DNA of 64,000 bases from Dendrobates tinctorius (Eukaryota), in assembly GCF_039654945.1 (NCBI RefSeq), contig NW_027361751.1, positions 8,184,001-8,248,000 on the forward strand, given 5' to 3'. The position numbers and the translations under genes were made by a program. The stretch's first letter is position 1. Each line of letters opens with the position of its first letter. Shown piece by piece: positions 13,011-25,622 of this stretch. A model generated the notes under the pieces. It saw only the letters and a program-made list of their open reading frames with translations, had not been told where the DNA came from and searched no databases.

Positions 13011-14425
13011 TACTGATTGTAGGGTGACACAAACCCTTTAAAAAATACATTTCACATAAAGCTTGATTTAAGAACGTCATTTTCTGATGATACATTCTGT
13101 TTAGTAGAGCCACCCTCCTATTCAGTTACAGTTGGGGAGTGGGAGGAAATCACTTTTTCTGGAGAATCTACCCCATCTACAGGACATGGACAATCCACTG
13201 ATCTGAATGGGCAATGCATAATGCTGAATTTTCCCTGTGATTACAGTGCAGAGTCTGAAAACTTAGTGCCAGCCCCCACCCTATCACATCTGATCCCTGG
13301 TGGTCCCCCAAGAGGCAGACCCTTTGGAGTCAGTGTACAGTCACTGGTATATACGGATCATCCAGAGAGAGCACCCCTTCATGACATTTTCTACAGCAGT
13401 CAGTCCATCCTGATGTGATGTTACATTCCTCCATGCGAGAATGTAAGGACAATGCCCTGCCTGACAGATAGGAAGGGAACAACATGTGGATCTTATATAG
13501 TCCTGACTGATATATGTGAACATAACCCGGAGAGTGAGGGTTGTAGTCTTTAACTAATGATCCTATCCATTGGTGGCACCTAATATGGCTGAGGAGGGTT
13601 GCAGCCTTTACTGTTTCTATTGGTGGAGTCTGACTGCCATTCTCAGATAAATGTGCCAACTTTTCATAAGTTAGGGGGTCGAACCGCTAGGACCCCCACC
13701 AATTTATATAAAGAAACCCAGTGCCCCATCAATGGGCCAACTATGGTGGGGAGGACTTGTATCGAGATCTGGCACCTTGTCCTTCCATACAGCGATACGG
13801 GAAGTTGGGACACGGAAAGGTCCCAGACAACATGCCGGCCATGGAGCGGGAGGTGAGCACAATAGATCGCTATTATCAATATAGACCTGAATACTGTATT
13901 CGGAATGGTGAGCCACCACCTGCACGATCCCGTTTTAAATTAAGTACTCGCCCTTGTAAAATAAAGGTATCAGATTCTCGTTCCCATCTTGTGACGTCAG
14001 TGCCGTGTCACCTGGGGCTCGTGTCGCACTGTTATGCCAGGTAAGCACTGCAGCCAATCAGAGGTTGCTGCCGCGCTTCCCTCAGACAAGTGGAAGTAGT
14101 TTGAGAGCAGCAGCACAACAGGGGCGAGTGACTGGCTGCAGTGATTACCTGACATAACAGTGTCACACAAGCCCCGGGTGTCCCAGCACTAACAGTGCAG
14201 GCCAGCGCCAATGTGCTAAGTAGCCATTGTTTTATTTTACGGGGGACAACTTCACATATGATGGAGATGTCCAGGTAGTGGGAAACCCCCCTTAAAGCAC
14301 AATTCCACTTTCAATAAGATTTCCCATAAGCCTCTCCTGTGCTGCCCCTCTGCCCCAATACTAATGCCATTATCAGCAGGGGAAACATGGCTGCATCAGT
14401 GACGACCTACAGGAGCACGACTCAC

Positions 14426-14480
14426 CTGCCAGAAGAGCACACCCCACGTGACTACACTGAAGCTCACGTGACATCAGTAC
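14426..14480 (-). other. GFM2: Probable non-coding exon 1 of GFM2 (5' end uncertain)
   Basis: Consensus CAG|GTGAGT donor at 14426/14425 at the edge of the shared promoter. Confidence 0.55.
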
Positions 14481-14775
14481 CAGGGAACGTGATGACGTCA
14501 TTGCGTACTCCTAGCGCATGTGACCGTTTTCCCAGAATTCCAGGTGTGGGCGCTACCAATATCAACGTAACACTTAGAAAATGACCGTTTGTAAACATCC
14601 TGTGTATTTTCTAGTGATCTCTCTGCCTGGACTGTGTCCTCCATGAAGCTGTCAGCTACAGGTAGAGACTATCGCCATGATTCAAGTGAATTAATGCAAC
14701 CCTGCTGCTAGTGAGAATGGTTTTACCCGGAAATGACGCAATGCCTGCTCTGTGGGCGGAGTCTCCTTTTCCACC
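14440..14775. promoter_or_regulatory. Bidirectional GFM2/NSA2 promoter
   Basis: Two CACGTGAC E-boxes (14445, 14465), full CRE TGACGTCA (14493), ETS-CRE-like CCGGAAATGACGCA (14727), GC box (14753), pyrimidine TCT/TOP-like CTCCTTTTCC (14763); CpG-rich. Confidence 0.75.
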
Positions 14776-14918
14776 TCCATCTTGCTCGGCGGCGTCGTCC
14801 ACCGTCCAGGCCTCCGGGAGCTGAAGGTTCCATCTTGCGTCTCCTCTTCTGGATAGAGGCCGGAGCAGAGGCCGCAAAGTAACAGGCCAGTAGCGCAGCG
14901 CCGGAGAGGACAACCGCC

Positions 14919-14921
14919 ATG
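14919..14921 (+). CDS. NSA2: NSA2 exon 1: start codon only
   Basis: ACCGCCATG|GTGAGC: Kozak ATG directly followed by donor; joins PQNDYIELH in frame. Confidence 0.88.
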
Positions 14922-16189
14922 GTGAGCGCGGCGCTGTGTGTAGGCCGCCGCACTGTGTGCCTGTGCTGGGGGCGGTGTCTGCGGGCGTGCTGGGACTTGT
15001 GGTGCCACCTCTGGCAGCGTCGTCTTATCACATCTGTGACCTGGTGCCTCTCACACACAGCTCGCGCTTCTATTGACACCCTATAACCTGTGTGAGGAGT
15101 CAGGTTTCCTCTCCTTGTCTGTGAGTTTATTTCCTGGTTTCCATTTTGCCTCTGGGACAGAGAACCTAAAATCCCAGCAGCGGAATCTGTCACCTCCGTC
15201 TGTGCTGGGACCGTCCTCCGCGGATATAATTCAGCGCCGGAGTCTCCTCTTCAGATGTCAGAAATGGAGGTTAATCAGCGGCTCACCTTCTGGGGATTGG
15301 GTCGCCGGTCCCATATCTGGTTCCTGTGACAGGGGAGGGCGCAGCGATGGTCATAGGTAGAGGACACTTTCTGCTGACGCTGCTTTCTCATATATGGTAG
15401 TGTGGTAATAGGTCAGAACCTGGAAGACTTCCTCGTATTAAAGGGGTTCTCTGGTCATATGATATTGATGATCTCTCCATAGAAAGGCATTGATATGAGC
15501 TGATTGGTGGAGGAGCGCAGCGGACTGTTTAGTTGTGTCTAGAATCAAACCGCACAGATCTGTTCCATGTTAAGCAAGTGCTGCCGAGTGCAGAGAACAG
15601 CTGTTACCTGAGAAAACGGCTTACAATAGCTGATCGGTGGGGGCGCCGGACCCCTAAAGATCTGTTATTGATTAGATAACCTGCAAGTAGGTCATCTGCC
15701 CCTGCTGTTTGGCATAATAAGAGCGCTCCTCTTAGTGTCCCACATAATAATGTCCGCCACTGTGCTCCTTACATAGTAATAATGCCTTCTTTGTGCCCTC
15801 GCAAATGTCATAGAAACCAGTGCCCACGTTTTGACACAATACTGAGTGTCCTAAATGTGTCCACTTAATATTTAATAACGTGCACAGTCCCCCCAATGTA
15901 CAACTCCCCAAAACACAGTATGATGGGCCCACAGCTAGGCAAAAACAGTGTGATGGACTCCTTGTTACTACCCTGAGACCCGTCCCCCTCAAAACACAGT
16001 AACCCCCTGCACTATGTGACTGTCCCCCATTGCTTATAATGCCCCCACGAGTTTTAATTAAAATAAAAAGAAAAAACAGTGCATACCCACCTAATCCAGG
16101 ATTCTGACGACTCCACCAGCAAGACCTGGCGGGACCAATACGCTGTCATCGTGCTTGGTGCTGTGTGATGGCATTACAAATAACATAAT

Positions 16190-16373
16190 ATTATAGGTAG
16201 ATGGTTGACCCAGCTTAGGGGAAGGAATTTTTTTCCCTATAGAGAAAATTGGCTTCTACTCTGTGGGTTTTTTGCCTTCCCCAGGATCAACAATGCAGAA
16301 CAGCTGCACTAACAATAGGCTGAACTAGATGGACATAAGGTCTTCCTTCAGCCTTCAAACCTATGTTACCATG
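16190..16373 (+). mobile_element. 3' end of a CR1-type LINE
   Basis: GGCTGAACTAGATGGAC...TCTTCCTTCAGCC hairpin followed by CTATGTTA-type tail. Confidence 0.6.
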
Positions 16374-17130
16374 CTAGGACTCTGACATCCTACACATACG
16401 TTGGCACCTTGGCCATTCTGTAGACCACAGGCTTAGTCACCTGCAGTCTACAGAATGCAGAGTGGTAGTGCGGGGAGATTGTCATCCTGCTCTACTGCAG
16501 GGCTTAACTGTATTGGTGAGCTGCGCACACCAATATAGTTGACATTAGCGTAGCTCCTTGTGGGTCCCGCAGAGCACGGGGCTCAGTGATGTTTGTAGCA
16601 AAATATCAGAACGGGTTCTCCATTTAAGAAGAAGAGAAAAAGTGAACTTATTCAGTAACAACTTGCTCACGGGTGGTCTGATCTGCAGAGCAAAATTCTG
16701 TTCTTTCTGTTAAAACAGCGGCAGTCCACATGCCCAACCTGTAAGCTACTTATCAGTTAGTCACTTATCCAGCAGATGAGTGATGACTTGTTTCAGGACC
16801 ACCTCTGTAATATCCTTTCTAGGGTATTAGCACTTGAATGGGCTACGGTTCTCCGTATCGTCTTGATGGGGTTTCTGGGAATCCCAGCACAAAACACAGA
16901 ACCTCCCCATTCTGACATCAGAACTGATTTTCAGTTGCAGAAATGTCTTGAATATCTACGCTGTGTGAATATACACTGATGGTTGTATTAGTTGTTTTTT
17001 TTTTTGTTTTTTTTTCATGTAGTATTTTGATAATTTGTCATGTTAATATTGCATGTAGTTGGGGTTGAGTTCTTATCGTCAGCATGTATAATTCTGTGGT
17101 TTTTTTTTTGGTTTTTTTTTGTGTATTCAG

Positions 17131-17318
17131 CCTCAGAACGACTACATCGAGTTACACCGTAAGCGGTACGGCTATCGCTTGGACTACCATGAGAAGAAGA
17201 GGAAGAAGGAGGGCCGTGAGGCTCATGAGCGATCACAGAAAGCTAAGAAACTTATTGGTCTGAAGGCAAAACTGTACCACAAGCAGCGCCATGCCGAGAA
17301 GATACAGATGAAGAAAAC
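17131..17318 (+). CDS. NSA2: NSA2 (60S ribosome biogenesis protein) exon 2
   Basis: 188 nt, [30 protein letters not shown]...KIQMKK. Confidence 0.97.
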
Positions 17319-19221
17319 GTAAGTAGCTCTTATTTCACGGCGCAGACAGACACACGGAAAAGAATTCCTGAAGTTCTGTGGCTTTAGGTAATTCGTGGAA
17401 CATGAGGCAACAAGTCATCAAGTTCAATGCCTTTTGTGGCTAAAGCATGGACTTTGTGTTTTGCTCTATTCTTGAATTGAATAAAACAAATGAACTTCTG
17501 GAGGAGCTGAGCTGCAGAATCCAGGAACGGCCACTACCCAGAATGGAGCTGTGCTGGCTGCCTCTGCTTGCGTCCACCCACTGCTGAGGCTGGAAACAGC
17601 TGATCCGTGGTGGGATCAGGCCCTCACACATCTAACATAGACACCTACTTTATTTTTAACTTAAGCCTGGAAAATCCCTTTAACACTGATAGAAATTGAT
17701 GCAAGTGTATTTTTAATTTTTTTATAATTAAAAAAATAATGCTGAATGCTGCTGAGAAAAGGAAAGCTAACTGAAGATGGGCCTATAATGAAGTCAGTAT
17801 GAAGTGCGCTTACCCTGGTAGATGTATACAGCCAGAATTGTTTTATTTAAAAGGGGCTGTCCATCTTCAGGTACAGTTCTTAGATTTTTTTTTTTCTTAG
17901 GTGCCTGTAATTGGGGCTGAAAAAATAATTTTTGCAGTTGAGTTTTATTAAAAATCTTGCACTCCAAAAGGAGTTAACTGAGAGTCAGTCAGTTTGCTAT
18001 GATGGTCTGACAGGTGTAACTTATCTGCCCTTTTCTAAGCTCCTCAGCTAATTTATGACCACCGAGCACATCATAGTTGAATGTGAAAGAAGACCAAGAG
18101 CCTGGAAAAGTCAAACTGTGAAATATTACTAAAACCCAATTAGTCAAATTTATTTTTCTCTCAAAATACATGTATTTCAGTTAAATATAATTCTCCAGTC
18201 GTGGACAGCCCCTTTTAATGTATTTTGTGGTAGTAAGCCACTCTCACTGATCCACTTGATAATGGACCTGGTAGATCATGGGACAACTGATGAGAATCAC
18301 ACCGTACTTCTTGATTGAATGGAGCATTGGTCGAGCACATGCGTTGCTGCTGTATTCAATGTCTTCAGTCGATGGAGAGATCCCATCCGTAGTTTAACTA
18401 TCTTCGTCCCGTAGACTATATTGGCGTGTCAGTGTGCATTCTACATTGCCCCTCCATTCAAACTGATAACGAGGGACTATGTTTTGGTGATGGCGCCATC
18501 AGTGGTCCCCAATTTCCAGAACACCCTTTTAAGTTTGTGGCTGTGTTAAAGGATGAATGGATTTGAAGCTACAAAATCTACGACACTCCAAAAAGAAATA
18601 TTAAGGGGTTGTCCAGGTTTGATACAAGTCTTCTGAATGCTGACGGCATGTGGTGAGCACGCAGTCAGGTTTCCCCGATATTGCTGGTGCTGGCGAGCAG
18701 ACATGACGGCATGTGTGTGATGTGGGCATGTGCTGACGAGACCTGCTTAGCCTTTCTGGATTGAAGTGCATTAAGTGAAGCCGGATACGTCTAGTCGTCA
18801 CAAGACTGCAGTTATGCAAATAGCGCACACATGGTCACATGATCGATCGCTTGCACCATCAATATCTGTGGATCCTGACTGCGTGCATACCACACGCTGT
18901 GATTCAGAAAACTTTGTGTCAAGCCTGGACAACCCCTCTAAACAGTGCAGACCTAACCTATTTAGGATGAAAATAATCCACAACTATAGGTAAACTTCAT
19001 GTGATTATAGACTTACTATGCATTGCTATAGTTTTACTTTAAATGTCTGATCTGATTTTTGTATGTACCCAATATTACAATTATGCCCTGGTTGCTGTCT
19101 GATGTTCTGGAGGGTTATATACTATGTACAGGGTTTATTATCTAGAAAGCCATCTCTAAATAAAACAGGTTAATGACGGCTATTACCCCACCATTTCACA
19201 TGTCTTTTTTGCATCTTCCAG

Positions 19222-19372
19222 TATTAAAATGCATGAAAAGAGGAACACCAAACAGAAGAATGATGAGAAGACCCCAGAAGGAGCCGTTCCAGCGTATCTG
19301 CTGGACAGAGAAGGGCAAAACCGAGCCAAAGTTCTCTCCAATATGATCAAACAGAAGCGAAAAGAGAAAGCA
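19222..19372 (+). CDS. NSA2: NSA2 exon 3
   Basis: 151 nt, [12 protein letters not shown]...[11 protein letters not shown]...KQKRKEKA. Confidence 0.97.
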
Positions 19373-19457
19373 GTAAGTGATATTTGTTTCATTGATTGGT
19401 CAGCCTTCATATCCATCTATTAGTCTCTTACACAACATTACTTGTGCATCTTTTTAG

Positions 19458-19637
19458 GGTAAATGGGAGGTTCCTCTCCCCAAAGTCCGCGCTCAAGGAG
19501 AGACCGAAGTGCTTAAAGTTATACGCACAGGAAAAAGGAAGAAGAAGGCTTGGAAGAGGATGGTCACCAAAGTTTGCTTTGTCGGAGATGGATTCACACG
19601 AAAACCTCCTAAATATGAAAGATTTATCAGACCCATG
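19458..19637 (+). CDS. NSA2: NSA2 exon 4
   Basis: 180 nt, [18 protein letters not shown]...[12 protein letters not shown]. Confidence 0.97.
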
Positions 19638-20190
19638 GTGAGTCGGTAATAAGTCACTTTTCATGTCATAATTGGGATAGAAGGTTGCTGTATACTGCAT
19701 CTTGAATATGACCTCAGATCATAGTCCATAAAGGGGTGGTCCAAACCTCATTTTGATTTTCATCCTAAATTTCTCTAGTTTTATTGTAATCCGTTTCCTT
19801 TTCTAATATGCCCACATTAAAAAGCCCCTACTTTTCCCTATTTATGTCTAAAATACATACGGAGAGTTGATAAAATAATGTCCCCAATCTTTCTACTGAT
19901 AACTTTAATGAGATGTATTTTATTTCAATTTATTTTCACTTGATGGCACCCGGGTTGTCATAACTACGGTAACTAGCAGAACAGGACATGCAATTAGTGT
20001 GCACGTTTGAGTGTCCCAGGTTTGCACTGGGGATTCTCAAATGGGACATCTTCAAGGGCCAGAGACTGGTCACTGCTGCAGCCCCTGGCCCTACCCTGAA
20101 ACCGCGTAGTCTCCAATCTCCGTTTCGGGGTCTGAGCTGGTCTCCTCTGTTGAGCATGTGTTGTTTAATTCTGACATATGCTCAATACAA

Positions 20191-21197
20191 AACCAATCCA
20201 AATAAGTTATACCTCAAATCCCAAAAAAAAATTTTTATTTTTTTTTATATAAATGATCCCTTCAAAATATTAAACCATAATACCAAAAGAGAAACAACGA
20301 AGGAACAAATAGATCCAACAATAATTTTATTAATACATAACACCTATTAAAAAGCATATCATAATAGCACAATAAGATATAGAATACATGGGGGGTGGTA
20401 AATACCTAACCCTAATCAATTACATATAGCTGTGACTAACTGAAAACTGTAAAAGGCCACACATCCCAAACCGTTAGGCAGTCATAAATATATATGGAAC
20501 AATGCTCCTACCATATATCACACAGCAGGAGCATCATCCCTACTCTGGACTAACAACAATTCTGTTGACACAACGATCAAAGCACTGGCTCACTATCTCA
20601 AAAGTGCATGTGTCAATAGATTAAAACATAATAAATGGCTATTTAATGTGGTCAAAGCCAATAAGTAATCAGTGTATAGCCCATTTACCTGCAGTCATGT
20701 TGCCGTCTGGTGAACTGGATATATGGCCTGTAACGCACCCCGACGCGCGTTTCACCGCCTCTGCAGTTTCATCAGGAGGTCCGGGTGCGTTACAGGCCAT
20801 ATACACTGATTACTTATTGGCTTTGACCACATTAAATAGCCATTTATTATGTTTTAATCTATTGACACATGCACTTTTGAGATAGTGAGCCAGTGCTTTG
20901 ATCGTTGTGTCAACAGAATTGTTGTTAGTCCAGAGTAGGGATGATGCTCCTGCTGTGTGATATGGTAGGAGCATTGTTCCATATATATTTATGACTGCCT
21001 AACGGTTTGGGATGTGTGGCCTTTTACAGTTTTCAGTTAGTCACAGCTATATGTAATTGATTAGGGTTAGGTATTTACCACCCCCCATGTATTCTATATC
21101 TTATTGTGCTATTATGATATGCTTTTTAATAGGTGTTTTGTATTAATAAAATTATTGTTGGATCTATTTGTTCCTTCGTTGTTTCTCTTTTGGTATT
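20191..21197. mobile_element. Non-autonomous Penelope-like / retrozyme-like fold-back retroelement in NSA2 intron 4
   Basis: ~420-bp near-perfect inverted arms (~20278-20740 vs 20783-21197), 15-bp TSD ATATGCTCAATACAA (20176-20190, 21198-21212), central hammerhead. Confidence 0.8.
20737..20780 (-). ncRNA. Minimal type I hammerhead ribozyme
   Basis: ACCTC-CTGATGA-A-ACTGC(AGAG)GCGGT-GAAA-CGCGCG-TC^GGGGT: intact core, 5-bp stems I and II, palindromic stem III. Confidence 0.85.
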
Positions 21198-21740
21198 ATA
21201 TGCTCAATACAAGCCCCCTTTTCACTGTGCAATATTCCTTTCAATGCACAGTGACAGTGCGCTCCCTCACCGGCACTGATGAGAAGTGATGAGCGGCAAG
21301 AGGGCACCCTATCAGTGCGCATTGTAAGGAGAAAACCTGGCGAGCAGAGATCAGCCCTGTTCCTGTAACAGACATCACTTTCATGGATGGTGCCAGTCTC
21401 TGCTCTTCCTGCTTGCCAGGCTATCTCCTTACAATGTTCACAGACCGTGCCCTCTCTTGCTGGCTCGTCACTTCTAATTGGAGCCAGTGAGGGAGTGCAC
21501 TGTAACTATTCACTGAGAAGAATATCATACAGTGACAAGGGAGCTTTTACTGAGCATATGTTAGTAATGACAGCCAAAGCATGCTCAGAGCAGGGACTAG
21601 CCCAGCCCCTGAAACATATGTCACTGATAACTCATTTCAGGTTGGGGGGAGAGGCTGCACAGTGACAGGAGCCTCTACCACACCCACCGATGACATCTCA
21701 ATTGGCCATTTATTTTAGCACTCCTCTAAGCTAAGCCTTA

Positions 21741-22217
21741 GGCCGGTTTCACATTTGCGCTTTATAGCGCAGCGATGGCCTGCGCACGGCCGCTGCTAAG
21801 CCCCGCCCACTGCCGGCTCCCTGCCCGCCCCTTCCGGTCATCGCCACCTTCTAGCGCACATGGGTGCTTGCGATCTGCGCACCCTATCTTTAGCATAGGG
21901 TGCGCAGATCGTGCGCTAGCAGGATTTTGCCGTGCGCTGCGCACTTTTGAAGGTGCGCCCGTGTGCGCTGACCGCAGCATGTTGCATTTCGGCACGCACG
22001 GCGCACCTTCAAAAGTGCGCAGCGCACGGCAAAATCCTGCTAGCGCACGATCCGCGCACCCTATGCTAAAGATAGGGTGCGCAGATCGCAAGCGCCCATG
22101 TGCGCTAGAAGGCGGCGATGACTGGAAGGGGCGGGCAGGGAGCCGGCAGGGGCGGGGCTTAGCGGCGGCCGTGCGCAGGCCGTCGCTGCGCTTTAAGGCG
22201 CAAATGTGAAACCGGCC
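21741..22217. mobile_element. Harbinger-type MITE, near-perfect ~477-bp palindrome
   Basis: TTA-GGCCGGTTTCACATTTGCG...CGCAAATGTGAAACCGGCC-TTA; ORFs on both strands mirror each other. Confidence 0.85.
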
Positions 22218-22354
22218 TTACCTGTACAGATATGGACTCTTCAGCAAGACTTGCTTGAAAAAAATATGCACATGCAGGACGGAGTCTTCTATATACTGTA
22301 GTGTTACTATTAAAACTTTACAACCCAGAATTTCACGTGTCATGTGTTTTCCAG

Positions 22355-22547
22355 GGCTTGCGGTTTAAAAAGGCTCACGTGACTCACCCTGAACTCAAAG
22401 CCACATTCTGCTTGCCTATCCTGGGTGTAAAGAAGAACCCATCCTCGCCACTCTACACAACTTTAGGTGTCATCACAAAGGGAACAGTCATTGAGGTGAA
22501 CGTCAGCGAGCTTGGTCTCGTCACTCAAGGAGGCAAAGTTATATGGG
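22355..22547 (+). CDS. NSA2: NSA2 exon 5
   Basis: 193 nt, [29 protein letters not shown]...GGKVIW. Confidence 0.97.
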
Positions 22548-22633
22548 GTAAGGCTTCAATTTCTAAACTGCAGATGATTGTCATTCATACTATGATACAG
22601 CCAATATATAATTGTTCATTTTTTTCCTTTTAG

Positions 22634-22701
22634 GAAAATATGCACAAGTTACGAATAATCCTGAAAATGATGGCTGCATTAACGCAGTTTTGCTCGTATA
22701 A
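22634..22701 (+). CDS. NSA2: NSA2 exon 6 (terminal)
   Basis: KYAQVTNNPENDGCINAVLLV*; total CDS 783 nt = 260 aa. Confidence 0.97.
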
Positions 22702-22777
22702 CGTTCAATGTGGCTGAACATGGACTGGATTGTGCTATAAGTAACGCCCCATATTGGGAGATCACCTTCTGCGAAGT

Positions 22778-22783
22778 AATAAA
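22778..22783 (+). terminator. NSA2 polyadenylation signal
   Basis: AATAAA 77 nt after the stop, followed by GT/T-rich sequence. Confidence 0.7.
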
Positions 22784-23349
22784 TGAGTTTTGTGTTAATA
22801 AGCTCAGACTATTGGTCTTTTTCTTCTGTTAGATTAAGTTAACTAAAAACTGTCAGCTACAATTATTACAGTTGGGAGCAGAACTGCTTTACCCGGCAAT
22901 AATGGCTGAATCCTTCCACGCTGATCACCGGGCCTTCCTCTGATTCAGCCATGTTCAGGTTTGTTGGAAAGAGTAGCTGCTCCCCTCCCCTGTAAATTAG
23001 ACACCTGTCGGCTGGCTTAAATGCAATGATCGGGCCTAATATCTGCTGGCATTTTAACTTGAAAATGTTTTGCTTGATCTAAAAAAGGAATGTAATAGTG
23101 GCAGGACCCATTTAAACCCAGCAGCATAGTCTGGTGACAGATCCACTGTACAGAGTGAGCAAATGTGTGGTAAGGTGAGAGGTTCTGGTCACCCTATGGA
23201 CACAGATTTCCAGTTCCTCCATAAATAGACATGATACATTATTAAGCTTATTTTGTGCTGGTTCCCACTGCTTTGTGTACTGGGGATAATTGTACACTGC
23301 TCATCTCATATTTACAAGCATTGTCTCTGCAGAGCTTTCTCTGATGACT

Positions 23350-25240
23350 ATATATAGCACCATTGATTCCATGGTGCTGTACATGAGAAGGGGTTACATA
23401 CAAATTGCAGATATCACTTACAGTAAACAAACTAACAATCACAGACTGATATAGAGCGGAGAGGACCCTGCCCTTTCGGGCTTACATTATACAAGATGGT
23501 GGGGAAGGAGACAGGTTGGTGGGTTGCAGTAGTTCCCGTGTTGGTTGAGGTGATATCTCCGGTAGTGGTGAGGAGGTAGCGGGGTCATTGCAGGCTGTAA
23601 GCTTTCTTGAGGTGGGTTTTCAGGTTCTGTCTGAAGGATCCAAATGTGTTTTATAGTCGGACATGTTGGGGCAGAGAATTCCAGAGGATGAGGGATATGG
23701 GGGATGTTTGGGAGAAGTCTTGGAGGCGGTTGGATGAGGAGCAAATAAGTGGAGAAGAGAAGGAGGTCTTGGGAAGACCGGAGACTACGTGAGGGAAGGT
23801 ATCGGGAAATTAGTTCAGACATATGGGGGAGACAGGTTATAGGTGGCCTTGTAGGTCAGTATTAGTAATTTGAACTGGTTACGCTGAGGGAATGGGAGCC
23901 AGTGAAGAGATTTGCAGAGGGGAGAAGCGGAGGAGTAGCAAGGAGAGAGATGAATTAGTTGAGCAGCAGAGTTAAGGATGGACTGGAGAGGTGCGAGGGT
24001 GTTAGCAGGGAGGCCACAGAAAAGGATGTTACAGTAGTCTAGGTGGGAGATGAGGGTGTGCACAAGCATTTTAATAGAATGAGGGTAGAGGAAACGACTG
24101 ATTCTGGAAATGTTTTTGAGCTGGAGGCGACAGGAGGTAGAAAGAGCTTGGATGTGCGGTTTGAAGGACAGGGCAGAGTCAAAGGTTACTCTGAGGCAGC
24201 AGACTTCCGGTACGGGGGGAAAATGTGATGTCATTAATTGTGATAGCTCAAGTAAGGAAGATCTGTGAGATGGAGGAAAGATGAGTTCAGATTTGTCCAC
24301 ATTGAGCTTGAAGAAGCGAGAGAAGGAGGATATGGCTGATAGACACTCTGGGATTCTGGACAGCAGCGAGGTGATGTCTGGGCCAGAGAGGTTGATCTGA
24401 GCGTCATCAGCATAAAGATGTTACTGGATCCATGGGACTTTGAGTTGCCCCAGGCCAAGTGTATAGATTGAGAAGAGTAAAGGCCCCGTCACACATAGCG
24501 ATCTCGCTAGCGAGATCGCTGCTGAGTCACAAGTTTTGTGACAACAGCGATCTCACCAGCGAGATCGCTGTGTGTGACAGCGATCAGCGACCGGCCCCCC
24601 TGCCGGGATCGCTGCAAGAAACCTCTGGACATTTCTTTCATCGCTGATCTCCCGCTGGCCAGCACGCATCGCTGCGTGTGACGGGAGACCAGCGATCAGC
24701 TGGTAACTAACGTACACATCGGGTGTCCAAGGGACATGCGTCCCTTAGATACCAGATGTGTACGTTATCAGCGCGCTGGTAACGAACACAGCGACACCGC
24801 GCGCTCGGCGTCGCTGTGCTGATCGCTGGTGAAGCTGTCTGTGTGACAGCTCACCAGCGATCACATAGCGACTTACCAGCGATCCTGACACGCTGATATC
24901 GTTGTCGGGATCGCTGGTAAGTCGCTATGTGTGACTCCAGCTTAAGGGTCCTAGAACAGAGCCTTGGGGGACTCCAACAGAGAGAGGGTGGGATGAGGAG
25001 GTAGTGTGGGAGAGGCTGAATGTGCGGTTGGAAAGGTTTGAGGAGATCCAGGATAGGGCGAGGTCTTTGATGCCAAAGGAGGAGAGGATCAGTAGTAGGA
25101 GGCAGTGGTCAACTGTGTCGAAAGCAGAGGACAGATCTAGAAGGAGGCGTATAAACTATTGTCTGTTTGCTTTGGCTATAAGTAGGTCGTTAGTAATTTT
25201 GGTCAGGGCTGATGGGGGCGGAAACCAGATTGTAATTGTC
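23350..25240 (-). mobile_element. L2-clade LINE, decayed RT and 3' end, interrupted by MITE 24481-24941
   Basis: YADD-like segment, KSELI, LDYCN, LHWLP motifs in ORF fragments. Confidence 0.85.
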
Positions 25241-25622
25241 AAAGAGCAAGTGATGTATACTATAAGGGTGCCAAGGAAATGCATGGTAAAAATTAAGTAG
25301 CACGTTTTTGAAGGTCTTGCCTCCTAATTTGGTTATAGATATTTTATTTTTTTTAAGATTATTTACTGGTTGCTCAATGGCACATCATATTGCAGTTTTA
25401 AATGTTTGTTTAGTATTTATCGTCATGCATATCCCGCGTGTTATGTATGGTATGTTATGCCGTTTACCGATCAGATTGATATTTTACATGGTGAATCCTT
25501 ATGCCAAAAGGAACAAATTTGAGGGGTAAGACTTACCAATTTGCAAAGTTCATTTTTCCTTGGCACCCTACTATATATACATCACCCTGGGCACTGTACA
25601 TTGCATTATTGGATCATAGCTA

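Noticed and set aside
14656-15360. 85-156-aa ORFs across the promoter CpG island
   Set aside because: Low-complexity R/A/P content, no recognisable family, explained by GC content
21762-22209. Mirror-image ORFs on both strands
   Set aside because: Consequence of the palindromic MITE
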